Positions 30,033-39,375 of a stretch of DNA of 64,000 nt are shown here, one piece after another. Each line of letters begins with the position of its first letter. Positions within the stretch are counted from its first letter, which is position 1. The DNA is taken from positions 124,001 through 188,000 of the IMG/VR virus record IMGVR_UViG_3300020122_000238, one strand, 5' to 3'. The notes under the pieces were generated by a model, which had not been told where the DNA came from, ran no database searches, and was given only the letters and a program-made list of their open reading frames with translations. A program made the position numbers and the translations under genes.

Positions 30033-30911
30033 TTGGACGTGGTGACTGAAGAGTTCCTCCGAAAGAAGTACCTTGGCGATCTGCTCTCCCTTCGGCAGAT
30101 CGCTTCTCTTTGTGGTGTGGCTGTCGGCACGATCCGCTACCACATGAAGCGCTTTGGGATTCCTCGCCGAACGAAATCCGAGGCCCTCTCTGGGGACAAG
30201 AACCCCATGCATGGGAAGACGAAGTCAGATGCGACCCGGCGGAAAACCTCAGAGACCCTTCAAGTCACAAATAAGGATCCTGATGTAAAGGCCCGCCGAA
30301 GCGCCTCAACTTCGGGGATCCGAAATCCCATGTATGGGAAAACACACACAGAAGAGGTAAAGGAAGCCGCACACACAAGGCTGAATTCTATACGACACAC
30401 CCCAGACTTTGTGTCAGCTCAAAAAGCTGCAATGCAACGACTGGAAGTCCGCCAAGCTCTCTCGGAGAGCGCCTCCCAAAGAGTGGGGGAGAAGAACCCC
30501 TTCTTTGGGCATGAGCATAGCTCCGAGACCAAGCAGAAAATAGCTCAAGCCAACCGAGGTCGTTTTCTAGGGGAGAAGGGTTCCAACTGGAAGGGCGGGA
30601 AGACTCGACTCTCAGCTCTGATTCGGAACTCCGAACCGGCAATCCGATGGCGAAAGGATGTCTTCAAGAGGGACGCCTATACTTGCCAGAGGTGTGGTCA
30701 AATTGGGGGTCAACTACAGGCGGATCACATTCAACCTCTTGCGGGGCTCCTCGACGAGCACTGCATCAAGACCCTCGAAGATGCGTTCAACTGTCCCACC
30801 CTCTGGGATTTGACCAACGGTCGGACGCTCTGCATTTCGTGTCACAAAAAGACGCCTTCCTACGCGGGCAACTATCAGAAGAATTATCCTGCGTTCAAGG
30901 TCGCGGTGTAG
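30033..30911 (+). mobile_element. Free-standing HNH homing endonuclease with NUMOD3-like repeats
   Basis: NPMHGK/NPMYGKTH/NPFFGHEHS repeats, CQRC, DHI, NGRTLCISCH; ends FKVAV like thyA. Confidence 0.85.
30905..30910 (+). promoter_or_regulatory. Class A element GGTGTA overlapping a stop codon
   Basis: 10 nt before ATG 30921. Confidence 0.6.
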
Positions 30912-30920
30912 GCTTTCACA

Positions 30921-31430
30921 ATGCGGGCTCTCGACTGCTTCCTTCTTGAGGTTATACCCACCGGGGCCCTTGCGTTTTTTGACTTGGACCTCGGGGTGTA
31001 CTATCGACTGGGGGAGTCGCCGGCTCATGGGTATCCCAACATCGTGGAAGGGGAGGTCCAGCGACGGATTCAACGTATATTGTGCGAGCCCGTCGCTGTC
31101 TTCGATAGGATACTTGAGGATCGCGCTATGGAAATGCTGTGGAGAGCAGCATTGTCAAATGGGTGGATCCCTGAAGACACCCTCACAACCTGGTTTGCAT
31201 CGCATGACCTCGATTACCAGGGGTGTCGTATAGTCCACAACGGCTGTGAATTGGCTGTTGTTACTCCTGATACTCTCGGGGGGATTATCAGAGCTGATGA
31301 CGTGCAAGACTCACCCTCTGCCAGAAACCTTCTCCTGTTCAACCTCAAGGGGGTTGTGAGGATTGGAGACACGGAAGCAGTTCAAAACGCACGTCCCACC
31401 TTGTGGGACAAACTTGGAGACGACCTATGA
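30921..31430 (+). CDS. Hypothetical protein with TLWDKL-acidic tail
   Basis: 169 aa after a class A element. Confidence 0.55.
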   Translation: MRALDCFLLEVIPTGALAFFDLDLGVYYRLGESPAHGYPNIVEGEVQRRIQRILCEPVAVFDRILEDRAMEMLWRAALSNGWIPEDTLTTWFASHDLDYQGCRIVHNGCELAVVTPDTLGGIIRADDVQDSPSARNLLLFNLKGVVRIGDTEAVQNARPTLWDKLGDDL

Positions 31431-31606
31431 AAATCGGTGATGTGGTACAGCTCAAGTCCGGCGGTCCCGATATGACCGTGTTAGAAAAAACTCGCGAAGA
31501 AGATCTCTGGTGGCTGTGCGCCTGGTTCCATGGAGCCAACGTGGTTCAAGAGAGCTTCCCCGAAGCAGCTCTCGACCACATGAAGACGAAGTGCGACTTC
31601 GAGTGA
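31427..31606 (+). CDS. YodC/DUF2158-family small protein
   Basis: MKIGDVVQLKSGGPDMTV...CAWF...FPEAAL. Confidence 0.8.
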   Translation: MKIGDVVQLKSGGPDMTVLEKTREEDLWWLCAWFHGANVVQESFPEAALDHMKTKCDFE

Positions 31607-31845
31607 GCCCTGAAGAACTCGCGGCGCACAAGAAGCGCTTCCTCGACACGATGGAGAAGGCCTGGCACGATATTGAGGTTGCTTACAAGCAGCCGCACTT
31701 CCCCGCTTGCAAGGCAACGGAAATGAACGTCTTCATCGAGATGAAGTTCGACACGAACGACTACGTGATCGCCTGCAACCCCATCATCCCCATGCAGGGC
31801 GATTTCAACTCTTGGGCGCCCACCAAGACCATCAAGACCGGGTAG
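31603..31845 (+). CDS. Hypothetical protein
   Basis: GTG start overlapping upstream TGA. Confidence 0.5.
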   Translation: MSPEELAAHKKRFLDTMEKAWHDIEVAYKQPHFPACKATEMNVFIEMKFDTNDYVIACNPIIPMQGDFNSWAPTKTIKTG

Positions 31846-31852
31846 CGCTTTC

Positions 31853-31858
31853 GGTGTA
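31853..31858 (+). promoter_or_regulatory. Class A element GGTGTA
   Basis: 10 nt before ATG 31869. Confidence 0.65.
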
Positions 31859-31868
31859 CTATGCCCAG

Positions 31869-32372
31869 ATGGGCACCGAATTCGAGCGCAAGTTCCTCCT
31901 CACCACCACCGAGTACTTCCACCCCGAGGCCTATCGGAGTGGCGGGACGAACATCGTCCAGGGCTACCTCTCGGAGAAGCCCTGCGTGCGGGTTCGGACC
32001 ACGCTGAACACCCCCAACGAATTCCACGGTTTCCTCACCGTCAAGGGTCCGGGTCTACTCGAACGCCCCGAGTTCGAGTACGAAATCCCCTATGAAGAGG
32101 GAGTTTCGATGCTCGCCATGTGCCCGGACACACTGAAGAAGGTCAGATTCACGGTGTACACCGCGGGGCATCTTTGGGAGGTCGACCGTTTCGGTGGCCA
32201 CCTCGAAGGGCTCTGGCTTGCGGAAGTCGAGTTGAAGAACTCGACTGAGTACATCGAGCACCCCGCCTGGCTCGGGAAAGAGGTCACGTTCGACGCTCGC
32301 TACCAGAACGTGAACCTCATCAAATGGGGGGTCCCCCAAGAAGACCCCGGTGTAATCTTGGGGAATGCCTGA
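31869..32372 (+). CDS. CYTH-domain (triphosphate tunnel) protein
   Basis: EFERKFL, QGYL, VRVR, LTVKG, EFEYEI, WEVD, AEVEL. Confidence 0.88.
   Translation: MGTEFERKFLLTTTEYFHPEAYRSGGTNIVQGYLSEKPCVRVRTTLNTPNEFHGFLTVKGPGLLERPEFEYEIPYEEGVSMLAMCPDTLKKVRFTVYTAGHLWEVDRFGGHLEGLWLAEVELKNSTEYIEHPAWLGKEVTFDARYQNVNLIKWGVPQEDPGVILGNA
32349..32354 (+). promoter_or_regulatory. Class A element GGTGTA
   Basis: 10 nt before ATG 32365. Confidence 0.65.
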
Positions 32373-32832
32373 GAAAGAAACCTCCGCAGTCCAGGGCTTG
32401 ATCCGCTTCTACAAGCAGGTCCTCAACGACCCAGCCCGCGTGGGAGCGATCCTCACTTCTTCCGGGGATCACTACAACGTACGAATCGTCGTGTTCTCGG
32501 GTTATGGGCACAACGCCGTGTTGTTCCAGATTTGCAGTGCGGACAGCACCGAGTCGTATGAGACTGCGGCCCAACAGCTCTTGCACAGCTACCGGGACAT
32601 CGCTATCGCCTTCCAGGACCTCTCCTTCTACAGCAACGGGCAGAAGATCCCAAAGGTGCGGTGCCTGTGCGTCAACTGTTCATCCGGGCATCGGAAAAAC
32701 CTGTGCTATGCCCGGGTGGCTGACATTCAGAGTTTTGGGGGGACGCTCCTGTGCTCAAGCTGCATGAGAAACCACCCTTCAAGTGTGGCGGCTGTGCTCA
32801 ATCAGGATGACGATGAAGAGGATATCGGGTAG
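32365..32832 (+). CDS. Hypothetical Zn-finger protein
   Basis: CLCVNC...C...CSSC. Confidence 0.5.
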   Translation: MPEKETSAVQGLIRFYKQVLNDPARVGAILTSSGDHYNVRIVVFSGYGHNAVLFQICSADSTESYETAAQQLLHSYRDIAIAFQDLSFYSNGQKIPKVRCLCVNCSSGHRKNLCYARVADIQSFGGTLLCSSCMRNHPSSVAAVLNQDDDEEDIG

Positions 32833-32837
32833 GTCCT

Positions 32838-32843
32838 GGTGTA
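32838..32843 (+). promoter_or_regulatory. Class A element GGTGTA
   Basis: 10 nt before ATG 32854. Confidence 0.65.
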
Positions 32844-32853
32844 CTAGACCCCC

Positions 32854-33237
32854 ATGAAGAACTTCCCGTCTGACCTTCACCATGACATCCCCGAAGAGCG
32901 GGCGACCATGATCCTCAAAATGAAGATGGCATCACAAAACTACTACAGTAGCGCCATCAGGACGGGCGTCCACGCCTTCATCGAGTTCAACGGGCTGATG
33001 AACGAGTTCATACAGGTCTGCGAGAAAGCCCAGAACGCCGGCCAAGACTTTACGATGGCCAACACCCATTCGGGGCAGGCGCTTCCGTTCCACGAATACA
33101 ACGCGAAGTACCTCGCCGAGAAGCTCAACTGCATCTACGGTCCCGCGCTTCTCGGCGACGATGCCAACCGTCGTGCCTTCGTCGAGGAACTCTTCGAGGG
33201 TGAGTACGAGCTGGTCAAGAAGAAGCCCCAGCGATGA
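32854..33237 (+). CDS. Hypothetical protein
   Basis: 127 aa. Confidence 0.6.
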   Translation: MKNFPSDLHHDIPEERATMILKMKMASQNYYSSAIRTGVHAFIEFNGLMNEFIQVCEKAQNAGQDFTMANTHSGQALPFHEYNAKYLAEKLNCIYGPALLGDDANRRAFVEELFEGEYELVKKKPQR

Positions 33238-33542
33238 GCTACAAGGAAGAGAAGGCGGCGAAGAAAGCTCTGCGTCAAGCTCCAGGGCCTGACGCACATC
33301 AGGCGATCCCTGCCAAGAAGGACAAGAAGCGTTGGTGCGGCGGTCATGAGGGTCGCGAGCACACGCCGGTCTGCATGAAGGACCTCGCTTGGGATGGGTG
33401 GGCCGCAAGGTTCAAGAAACCGAATACGCACCGGCTCCTCTCCTGTACGACGTGCGGGAAGGTTCTTGAGCGATACTACGGTACGGGGTCTCTGTGGGCA
33501 GGACACACTCCGAAGCCCAAGCCCGACTGGGTGACCTTCTGA
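33234..33542 (+). CDS. Basic Zn-binding hypothetical protein
   Basis: WCGGH...H...CTTCGK. Confidence 0.55.
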   Translation: MSYKEEKAAKKALRQAPGPDAHQAIPAKKDKKRWCGGHEGREHTPVCMKDLAWDGWAARFKKPNTHRLLSCTTCGKVLERYYGTGSLWAGHTPKPKPDWVTF

Positions 33543-34105
33543 TGCCCTCCTTCGACCCCACTAAGTGCATCACGTTCAGGAAGACCAGGGAAGCTTGGGG
33601 CGGCTACTCCAACATGGCCGCCGGGTTCCCTCTGCGTCTCTTTGACCTGGAGATCGCAACGAGCGAATCGCTCTACCAAGCGTGCCGCTTCCCGGATGAC
33701 CCCGCGTTGCAGGGTGTCATTCTGGCAATCCGGAATCCCATGCACGCCAAGATGGCGACCAAGCCTCATCGTCATCTGACCCGGGGGGACTGGGAGGTGG
33801 GGGATGCCAGGGTCAAGGCCATGGAATGGGCCTTGAGGATCAAGCTGATGCAGCACCCGGTGACGTTCGGGGATCTGTTGATGCTGTCGGGAACTCTCGA
33901 CATCGTTGAGGATTCTCCGAAGGACAGATTTTGGGGTGCTGTGCGAGATTACGCGGGGATGCTCAATGGTGCGAATATGTTGGGCTGCCTCCTGATGAAG
34001 CTCCGAGAGGAAGTCCGCGAGAACGGGCCTATCGTTCGAGTAGCACCCCCGGAACTCCCCAACTTCAAAATTGCGGGCGTAATTGTCCCTGTCCTCACGA
34101 TCTAG
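33542..34105 (+). CDS. NADAR-family hydrolase
   Basis: GGYSNM, TSESLYQACRF, MEWALRIK, IVEDSPKDRFWG, GANMLGCLLMKLR. Confidence 0.85.
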   Translation: MPSFDPTKCITFRKTREAWGGYSNMAAGFPLRLFDLEIATSESLYQACRFPDDPALQGVILAIRNPMHAKMATKPHRHLTRGDWEVGDARVKAMEWALRIKLMQHPVTFGDLLMLSGTLDIVEDSPKDRFWGAVRDYAGMLNGANMLGCLLMKLREEVRENGPIVRVAPPELPNFKIAGVIVPVLTI

Positions 34106-34108
34106 CTC

Positions 34109-34606
34109 ATGGCCAACAACGCTTTCGTGACGGTCTCTGGGGGCAGGTTCAGCTCTGGGAAAATTGATCTTTTCCTTACCCAGCTTGTACAGACGAAGTG
34201 GGGTGACCGTATCGCTGTCTCACGAGACAGCGATACGTGGTGGCGTATCGAGCAACAGGGAGTTATGAGCCTTACTGTCGAGATGAGGAACCCTCGCAGA
34301 ATAAGTCTGCGTCCTGGAACATGGCCGCTGACACAGTGGGCTCTGTGTTATGTTCAGGAGTCCCTGGCGACCTATCTGAATGGGGTTTGCTCCGATGAAG
34401 GCTTCGACGGCACTTGGAAGGGGGTCCCCGAGAGGTTGGACACTTTTCAGAAGTGGTTCGCTCTTGCAACTCGCCAAACTTCTAACAGACATCCTGAAGA
34501 GATTCCGGAATTTCTGGACGATGACGCTGAGTTCCAGAAGACGCTCGATCGTATTGTGGGACGTCTTTCGAGCGTCTGGAAAATCCCGAAAGCGTTGCTC
34601 GGGTGA
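34109..34606 (+). CDS. Hypothetical protein
   Basis: 165 aa in operon. Confidence 0.55.
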   Translation: MANNAFVTVSGGRFSSGKIDLFLTQLVQTKWGDRIAVSRDSDTWWRIEQQGVMSLTVEMRNPRRISLRPGTWPLTQWALCYVQESLATYLNGVCSDEGFDGTWKGVPERLDTFQKWFALATRQTSNRHPEEIPEFLDDDAEFQKTLDRIVGRLSSVWKIPKALLG

Positions 34607-34757
34607 AAACATATAGCGGTCGACCCGAGCAGTGTCTCATGGATCGTTTCCGTCGCTACCGGAGACGAAGATTTCGAGCTGGTCGTCTCCTGGAAGAGCG
34701 AGCTGGGAAACGTCGAGCGCGAGCCTCTGGGCATGCCGAAGTCCTGGGGTTCCTCGC

Positions 34758-35369
34758 ATGAGCACGTACGATGCGAGATTTCTCGCATGGGCTCACTCGA
34801 TGCCCGTACCCGCAAACACAGTCCTGGCTGAAGGAGATGATCAGGTGGAAGATAGCTCGATCGCTGTGGGTTTGATTGCAGCCATGGACCCCAGCGGAGT
34901 CATTGGCATCGACGGGAAGATGCCCTGGAAGTACCCGGCAGACTTCCGACGGTTCAAGCAGGTCACGATGGGTGGGGTTCTCGTCATGGGGAGCAAGACT
35001 TTTCGGTCTCTCCCGGGGCTGCTTCCTGGGAGGACTCACTTCGTCGTGAGCCGGGGGGACATGAAGGCGGACAAAGTCCAACCCGAGCTTGTCTGTGAGA
35101 GCCTGGACTTGGCCATCGAGACGGCAGAGAACATCGCAGATACCCACGCGATCTGGATCGCCGGGGGAGCACAAATCTACCGACTGGCTCTGGAAGGTCG
35201 CCGGGTGGACTTCATCGACCTCACGATCGTTCCTCCTGTGGACATCCCGCCGGGCGCTTCAGTGGTTCGATTCCCCACTGATCTTCTTTCGGACTGGGAG
35301 ATGGTGAGAGAGAGTCCTCTCACCGAGGACCCCCGCCTCATGGTTCAACGCTACGAACATCACCCGTAG
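34758..35369 (+). CDS. folA: Dihydrofolate reductase (alternative GTG start near 34845)
   Basis: LIAAM..GVIG..GKMPW..DFRRFK..T..VMGSKTF.SL..LPGR; IAGGAQIY. Confidence 0.9.
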   Translation: MSTYDARFLAWAHSMPVPANTVLAEGDDQVEDSSIAVGLIAAMDPSGVIGIDGKMPWKYPADFRRFKQVTMGGVLVMGSKTFRSLPGLLPGRTHFVVSRGDMKADKVQPELVCESLDLAIETAENIADTHAIWIAGGAQIYRLALEGRRVDFIDLTIVPPVDIPPGASVVRFPTDLLSDWEMVRESPLTEDPRLMVQRYEHHP

Positions 35370-35407
35370 CGTCCCTAGTATACTCTCCTGTTGAGACTCT
35401 TTCCCTA

Positions 35408-35797
35408 ATGGATGATATCGATCTCTCGACGTACTTCGCAGTCCAGTCCACGCGTTATGAGACGTCGCATGACGTGGCAAAAGCGGTGATGTTGGCCTCC
35501 AAGACAGCTCAGGTGCTCTTCAGGAGGTTGGAAAGTCTCGACACGATGAGTGTCGGGACCTCCACATTTATCCGATTCAGGGCTGATCTCGGGACGCCCC
35601 GGGCAATCTTCGATGCGCTCTTGGCGGGCGGCCGGGGGATCATCGAGTGCCAGGGGAAGGCCTACGTGGTGAAGCTCCCTGGGGGTCGTTCAGGGCCCAT
35701 GAACACGCTGACGATGCACGCTGAACCCAAGCCGGGGAATCAGCGCATGTACCGCGGGACCAAGATCAAAGAATGGGCTGATCAGTTTCCCCGCTGA
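35408..35797 (+). CDS. Hypothetical protein
   Basis: 129 aa. Confidence 0.5.
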   Translation: MDDIDLSTYFAVQSTRYETSHDVAKAVMLASKTAQVLFRRLESLDTMSVGTSTFIRFRADLGTPRAIFDALLAGGRGIIECQGKAYVVKLPGGRSGPMNTLTMHAEPKPGNQRMYRGTKIKEWADQFPR

Positions 35798-36503
35798 CGG
35801 CCCGTTTACGAGCCCACCCAGCTTTCAAGGCTGTAATCCTTCTAGCTCTGGCTTCGGGGTCTGCCCAAACTCCTTTCAGGGAGTTTCTCATCTTGTCTTT
35901 TACTTCAGGAGCTGAAAGAGCTTCTTTCATTCTCTTGATGCGTCGAGCCTTGATGTCAGAGTCTTCCCAGCTTTTCTTTTGCGCTTCCTTCTGTTTTGCC
36001 TTCGTCTCGGGGAGATTTTGGGCCACCTTGGATGCTGTACGTTGTCTTTCTTGTGTTTGGGGATCATCGCGTGCTGTTTTCAAGGCAGCACAACGTTGCT
36101 CTCTTTTCTGGGGATCTGCCCATGCCTTCTTTTGAGCTTCGCCAATCCTGGCTTTAGCAATAGAAGTGTGGGACATACCGATGATACCCCCACCTCCATC
36201 AGTATGATTTGTGAGTCGATCTCCCATGCCTCTATAGTGGGCTACCCATCGCACCTCTGCGTCATTCCATCCGTTGTCTGTTCCAGTCTCTACTACAGTA
36301 AAAACAGGCTCAACACCTGACGACAGAAGAAACCTCTTCCAGTACCCACAGTGCGTCTTATCGCATCCTGACTTCGCTACCTGCAAGTGTCGGCGCCATC
36401 GGTCACATGGTTTTTGATGTGTTTTACCGACATAGCGAACCTCATGGGGCTCTCTGGGATCATGTAGGGTGTAAATGACCCACGACCTAGATTTGAAGGG
36501 CAT
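35766..36503 (-). mobile_element. GIY-YIG homing endonuclease with helical repeat tail
   Basis: VIYTL...RYVGKT, LTNHTDGG, repeated KxxWxDP; opposite strand to neighbours. Confidence 0.8.
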
Positions 36504-36542
36504 GCTCTTTTATAGCAAAAAGAGCTGGGAGGACCAGTTCTC

Positions 36543-36548
36543 GGTGTA
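36543..36548 (+). promoter_or_regulatory. Class A element GGTGTA
   Basis: 10 nt before ATG 36559. Confidence 0.65.
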
Positions 36549-36558
36549 AAGCGTCCAC

Positions 36559-37104
36559 ATGGAACCCTTTGAGCCATTTCAAAAAATCACCCGATTGAAC
36601 CGCGAATGCATCGCCACAGAGAAGCTCGACGGAGCCAACGTCGGGATCACCATCGCCGACGACTTCAGGAGCTACTTGGTCAACTCCCGCACGAAGTACA
36701 TCAACTACAAGGACGACTACAAGGGCTTCGCCCGCTGGGTCGAGGAGAACCGGGAAGAGGTCCTCAAGCTCGGCCCCGGGCGTCACAACGGCGAGTGGTG
36801 GGGGTCGGGGCTCGGTCGGGGCTATGGGCTCAAGGAGAAGCGGTTCTCCCTCTTCAACACCGCCATCTGGAGTGATGATGCGGTTCGGCCGAAGTGCTGC
36901 CATGTCGTCCCGGTTCTTGGGCGAGGCAAGGACATCCGGGTCGTCACGGAGAACGCTCTGACCCTTCTTCGCGAGAAGGGTAGCCAGGCTGCTCCGGGTT
37001 TTCTTGATCCGGAGGGCATTGTGGTGTTCCACACTGCTTCGGGGCATCTCTACAAAGTGACCCTCAAGAACGACGAGTCCCCCAAGGGGGCTCAGGCTGA
37101 GTGA
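36559..37104 (+). CDS. RNA ligase (Rnl2-like adenylyltransferase domain)
   Basis: TEKLDGAN motif I, GEWWG, EGIVV, YK. Confidence 0.8.
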   Translation: MEPFEPFQKITRLNRECIATEKLDGANVGITIADDFRSYLVNSRTKYINYKDDYKGFARWVEENREEVLKLGPGRHNGEWWGSGLGRGYGLKEKRFSLFNTAIWSDDAVRPKCCHVVPVLGRGKDIRVVTENALTLLREKGSQAAPGFLDPEGIVVFHTASGHLYKVTLKNDESPKGAQAE

Positions 37105-37107
37105 GCC

Positions 37108-37272
37108 ATGGGTGCCGAACCTGATTGGGCCAAAGATCCTGACGCCGTGATCGCCAAGCTGAATGCGCCCGAGAGCCCTTACTCCAATGGGTGCTCGTGT
37201 GCAATCGGTCTCGCGATCATGTGCGTCGTAATCTTGGGGGGCATTGGTGGTCTGATCTCCCTGTCCCACTGA
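37108..37272 (+). CDS. Small membrane protein (54 aa)
   Basis: MGAEPDW... with C-terminal hydrophobic helix; below ORF-track cutoff. Confidence 0.45.
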   Translation: MGAEPDWAKDPDAVIAKLNAPESPYSNGCSCAIGLAIMCVVILGGIGGLISLSH

Positions 37273-37313
37273 GGGATCCTTCTATCGTCTCCTATGCGTA
37301 GGAGACGCGCACA

Positions 37314-38093
37314 ATGCCCCTCAAAGTCGCCGCTGTTCAATTCGCTCCTATGTATGGGGACAAGCTCGGAAATCTCCGCAGAGTCGCCAGGCTCGTTCTC
37401 CATGCGGCGGAGAACGGGGCCCGGCTTATCGTTCTCCCGGAGCTGGTCACCACGGGGTACAGCTTCATGGGCGAGGAGGATGCTATCCCTGTGGCTGAGG
37501 AAATCTCCCTCAACAGCCTGACGATGAAGGCGATGCACGCGCTCGCGTCCTCCTACAACGTCCACCTCGTCTGGGGAATGGTCGAGCGCGAGGTGGGCAC
37601 CAACAAGCTCTACAACAGCCAGGTCTACATCGACCCCACGGGCTACTTCGAGTCCTATCGCAAGGTCAACCTGTGGGGGAACGATATCCTTTGGGCGCAC
37701 GAGGGGAAGGGGAATCCACCCATCATCCGAGCGAAGTTCGAGGCAGGAATTGGGGAGCCTTCCACCACGATGCGGGTGGGGCTGCTCATCTGCCGAGACG
37801 TCCGAAACAAGAAGGACGATAAGTGGACCGACTTCTACGAGTCGGGGGATGCTGATGTCGTGTGCTTCTCAGCCAACTGGGGTAACGGGGGCTTCCCGTC
37901 AACGACGTGGTGGGACTTCGCGAGGGACAACAACACCTGGCTCATCGTCGCGAACCGCTACGGCAAAGAGGTTCCGAACGACTTCGGGGAGGGCGGCATC
38001 TGCGTCATTGAGCCTTCGGGGAAGGTCCACTGCGACGGCCTCAAGGGGCACTGGCTTCAGGACTGCATTGTCTATGCGGAGATCCCGGCATGA
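37314..38093 (+). CDS. Carbon-nitrogen hydrolase (nitrilase superfamily)
   Basis: VAAVQ, LPEL (Glu), YRK (Lys), ICRD (Cys), VANRYG. Confidence 0.88.
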   Translation: MPLKVAAVQFAPMYGDKLGNLRRVARLVLHAAENGARLIVLPELVTTGYSFMGEEDAIPVAEEISLNSLTMKAMHALASSYNVHLVWGMVEREVGTNKLYNSQVYIDPTGYFESYRKVNLWGNDILWAHEGKGNPPIIRAKFEAGIGEPSTTMRVGLLICRDVRNKKDDKWTDFYESGDADVVCFSANWGNGGFPSTTWWDFARDNNTWLIVANRYGKEVPNDFGEGGICVIEPSGKVHCDGLKGHWLQDCIVYAEIPA

Positions 38094-39202
38094 TTGCAGC
38101 TAGGGTTGTAGCTCGCTACCTTCGAGCAGACGAAGGCGAGGCGGACTCAGCGAAGGGGGGCGTTCCCGCTCGTTGGAAGGAGTGGTTGGACGCACTCCAC
38201 GATGGGGGGAAGTCGAGGATTACAAATCCCAACCCAGAAACGAAGAGCCGTCATCCGGAGGTATCGTACAGCACTGCCCTCAAGACTCCCCACTTCTTCA
38301 CGCATGCGCTGAAGGAGTACAAGGAGTGGGCGAAGAAGAACCCCGAGAAAGACGGAGGCACCCCAAAAAAGGAGAAAGCCCCTGAAAAAGAGACGGAGTC
38401 TTCTGGGCTCACCTTGAAGGGGCCCTTCAGCATCAAGCCCGGCACCATTGACGAAATGCTTGAGAAGCATAAGGCCCATTTTGATACCATTGTGGGGGGT
38501 TTGAAAAAGAAAGTCGATACCTACCTATCTTCAAGTGAGGTGTCTGAGGACCCTATCATGAAGAAGCACTTCCTTTCTCTTTCGCCCAATGAGAAAATGG
38601 TTCATGTGGGGGGCCATGAGATCGGGAAGTATTTCGAGGACAACGTTCTTTCAAAGGATGACGTTGAAATCCACGATATCTACTTCAATGCTTGGCGGAT
38701 CTCCGCTGGGAATAATGAATCAAATCATCTACATGGGATGATGGCAGCCTCGGGGGTGAAAGGATATAAAACCCCCGAGGAAGAGAAGGATGATGGGCGT
38801 ACAGACAAAAACCGTAAGTTCGGAGCGGGGGACGAAGAGCTTCATGGGTATGCACAGAAGATGTATGCTTTTCAACAAGCCTTTTTCAAACATATCGGCC
38901 TGAAGGAAGTGACTCTTTTCCGTGGGGTGCGTGGGCAAGGGTTGGACAAAGAGCCTCCCCATGAAGATGATTCCGTATCTTTCAAAGCTCGCGAGCTATC
39001 CTCGTATACAACGGACCCCCGTGTATCGGATGGGTATGGGCGGGCTCTCAAATTCAAAGTACCTGTTGAAAGAGTATTTGGGTCATCTCTTGTCCGACCC
39101 AAGATAGGATCGGACACCTCTCCAGGGTCATTTGGAGAAGCCGAAATGATCCTCATGGGAGCTTCTGACCTTCAAGGTACTATCATTAACAAGGCTGAGT
39201 AA
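38090..39202 (+). CDS. Putative ADP-ribosyltransferase (R-S-E type) with RVVARY tag
   Basis: TLFRGV ... LSSYTTD ... GEAEMIL in the C-terminal domain. Confidence 0.6.
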   Translation: MIAARVVARYLRADEGEADSAKGGVPARWKEWLDALHDGGKSRITNPNPETKSRHPEVSYSTALKTPHFFTHALKEYKEWAKKNPEKDGGTPKKEKAPEKETESSGLTLKGPFSIKPGTIDEMLEKHKAHFDTIVGGLKKKVDTYLSSSEVSEDPIMKKHFLSLSPNEKMVHVGGHEIGKYFEDNVLSKDDVEIHDIYFNAWRISAGNNESNHLHGMMAASGVKGYKTPEEEKDDGRTDKNRKFGAGDEELHGYAQKMYAFQQAFFKHIGLKEVTLFRGVRGQGLDKEPPHEDDSVSFKARELSSYTTDPRVSDGYGRALKFKVPVERVFGSSLVRPKIGSDTSPGSFGEAEMILMGASDLQGTIINKAE

Positions 39203-39204
39203 AT

Positions 39205-39369
39205 ATGGCGGATATAGAGATCCATCTGTCTGGGGAAAACGAAGACTGGCTTTGTAAGAAAGATGACGAAGAACCCAAAAAGCCAAAAGAGGCGACGCTC
39301 GTTGAACGTGTGGCTCGGCGAGCGTCGCGATCAAAACGTCCCCCAAAAGAATCCGGAATGGTGTACTAG
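39205..39369 (+). CDS. 54-aa protein with LVERVARRA tag
   Basis: MADIEIHLSGENEDWL...; starts 2 nt after ART stop; below ORF-track cutoff. Confidence 0.5.
   Translation: MADIEIHLSGENEDWLCKKDDEEPKKPKEATLVERVARRASRSKRPPKESGMVY
39360..39365 (+). promoter_or_regulatory. Class A element GGTGTA
   Basis: 10 nt before ATG 39376. Confidence 0.65.
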
Positions 39370-39375
39370 ATCCCC

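Noticed and set aside
34603-34761. 52-aa Arg-rich ORF before DHFR
   Set aside because: Overlaps fit translational coupling, but a competing frame looks equally protein-like; cannot decide
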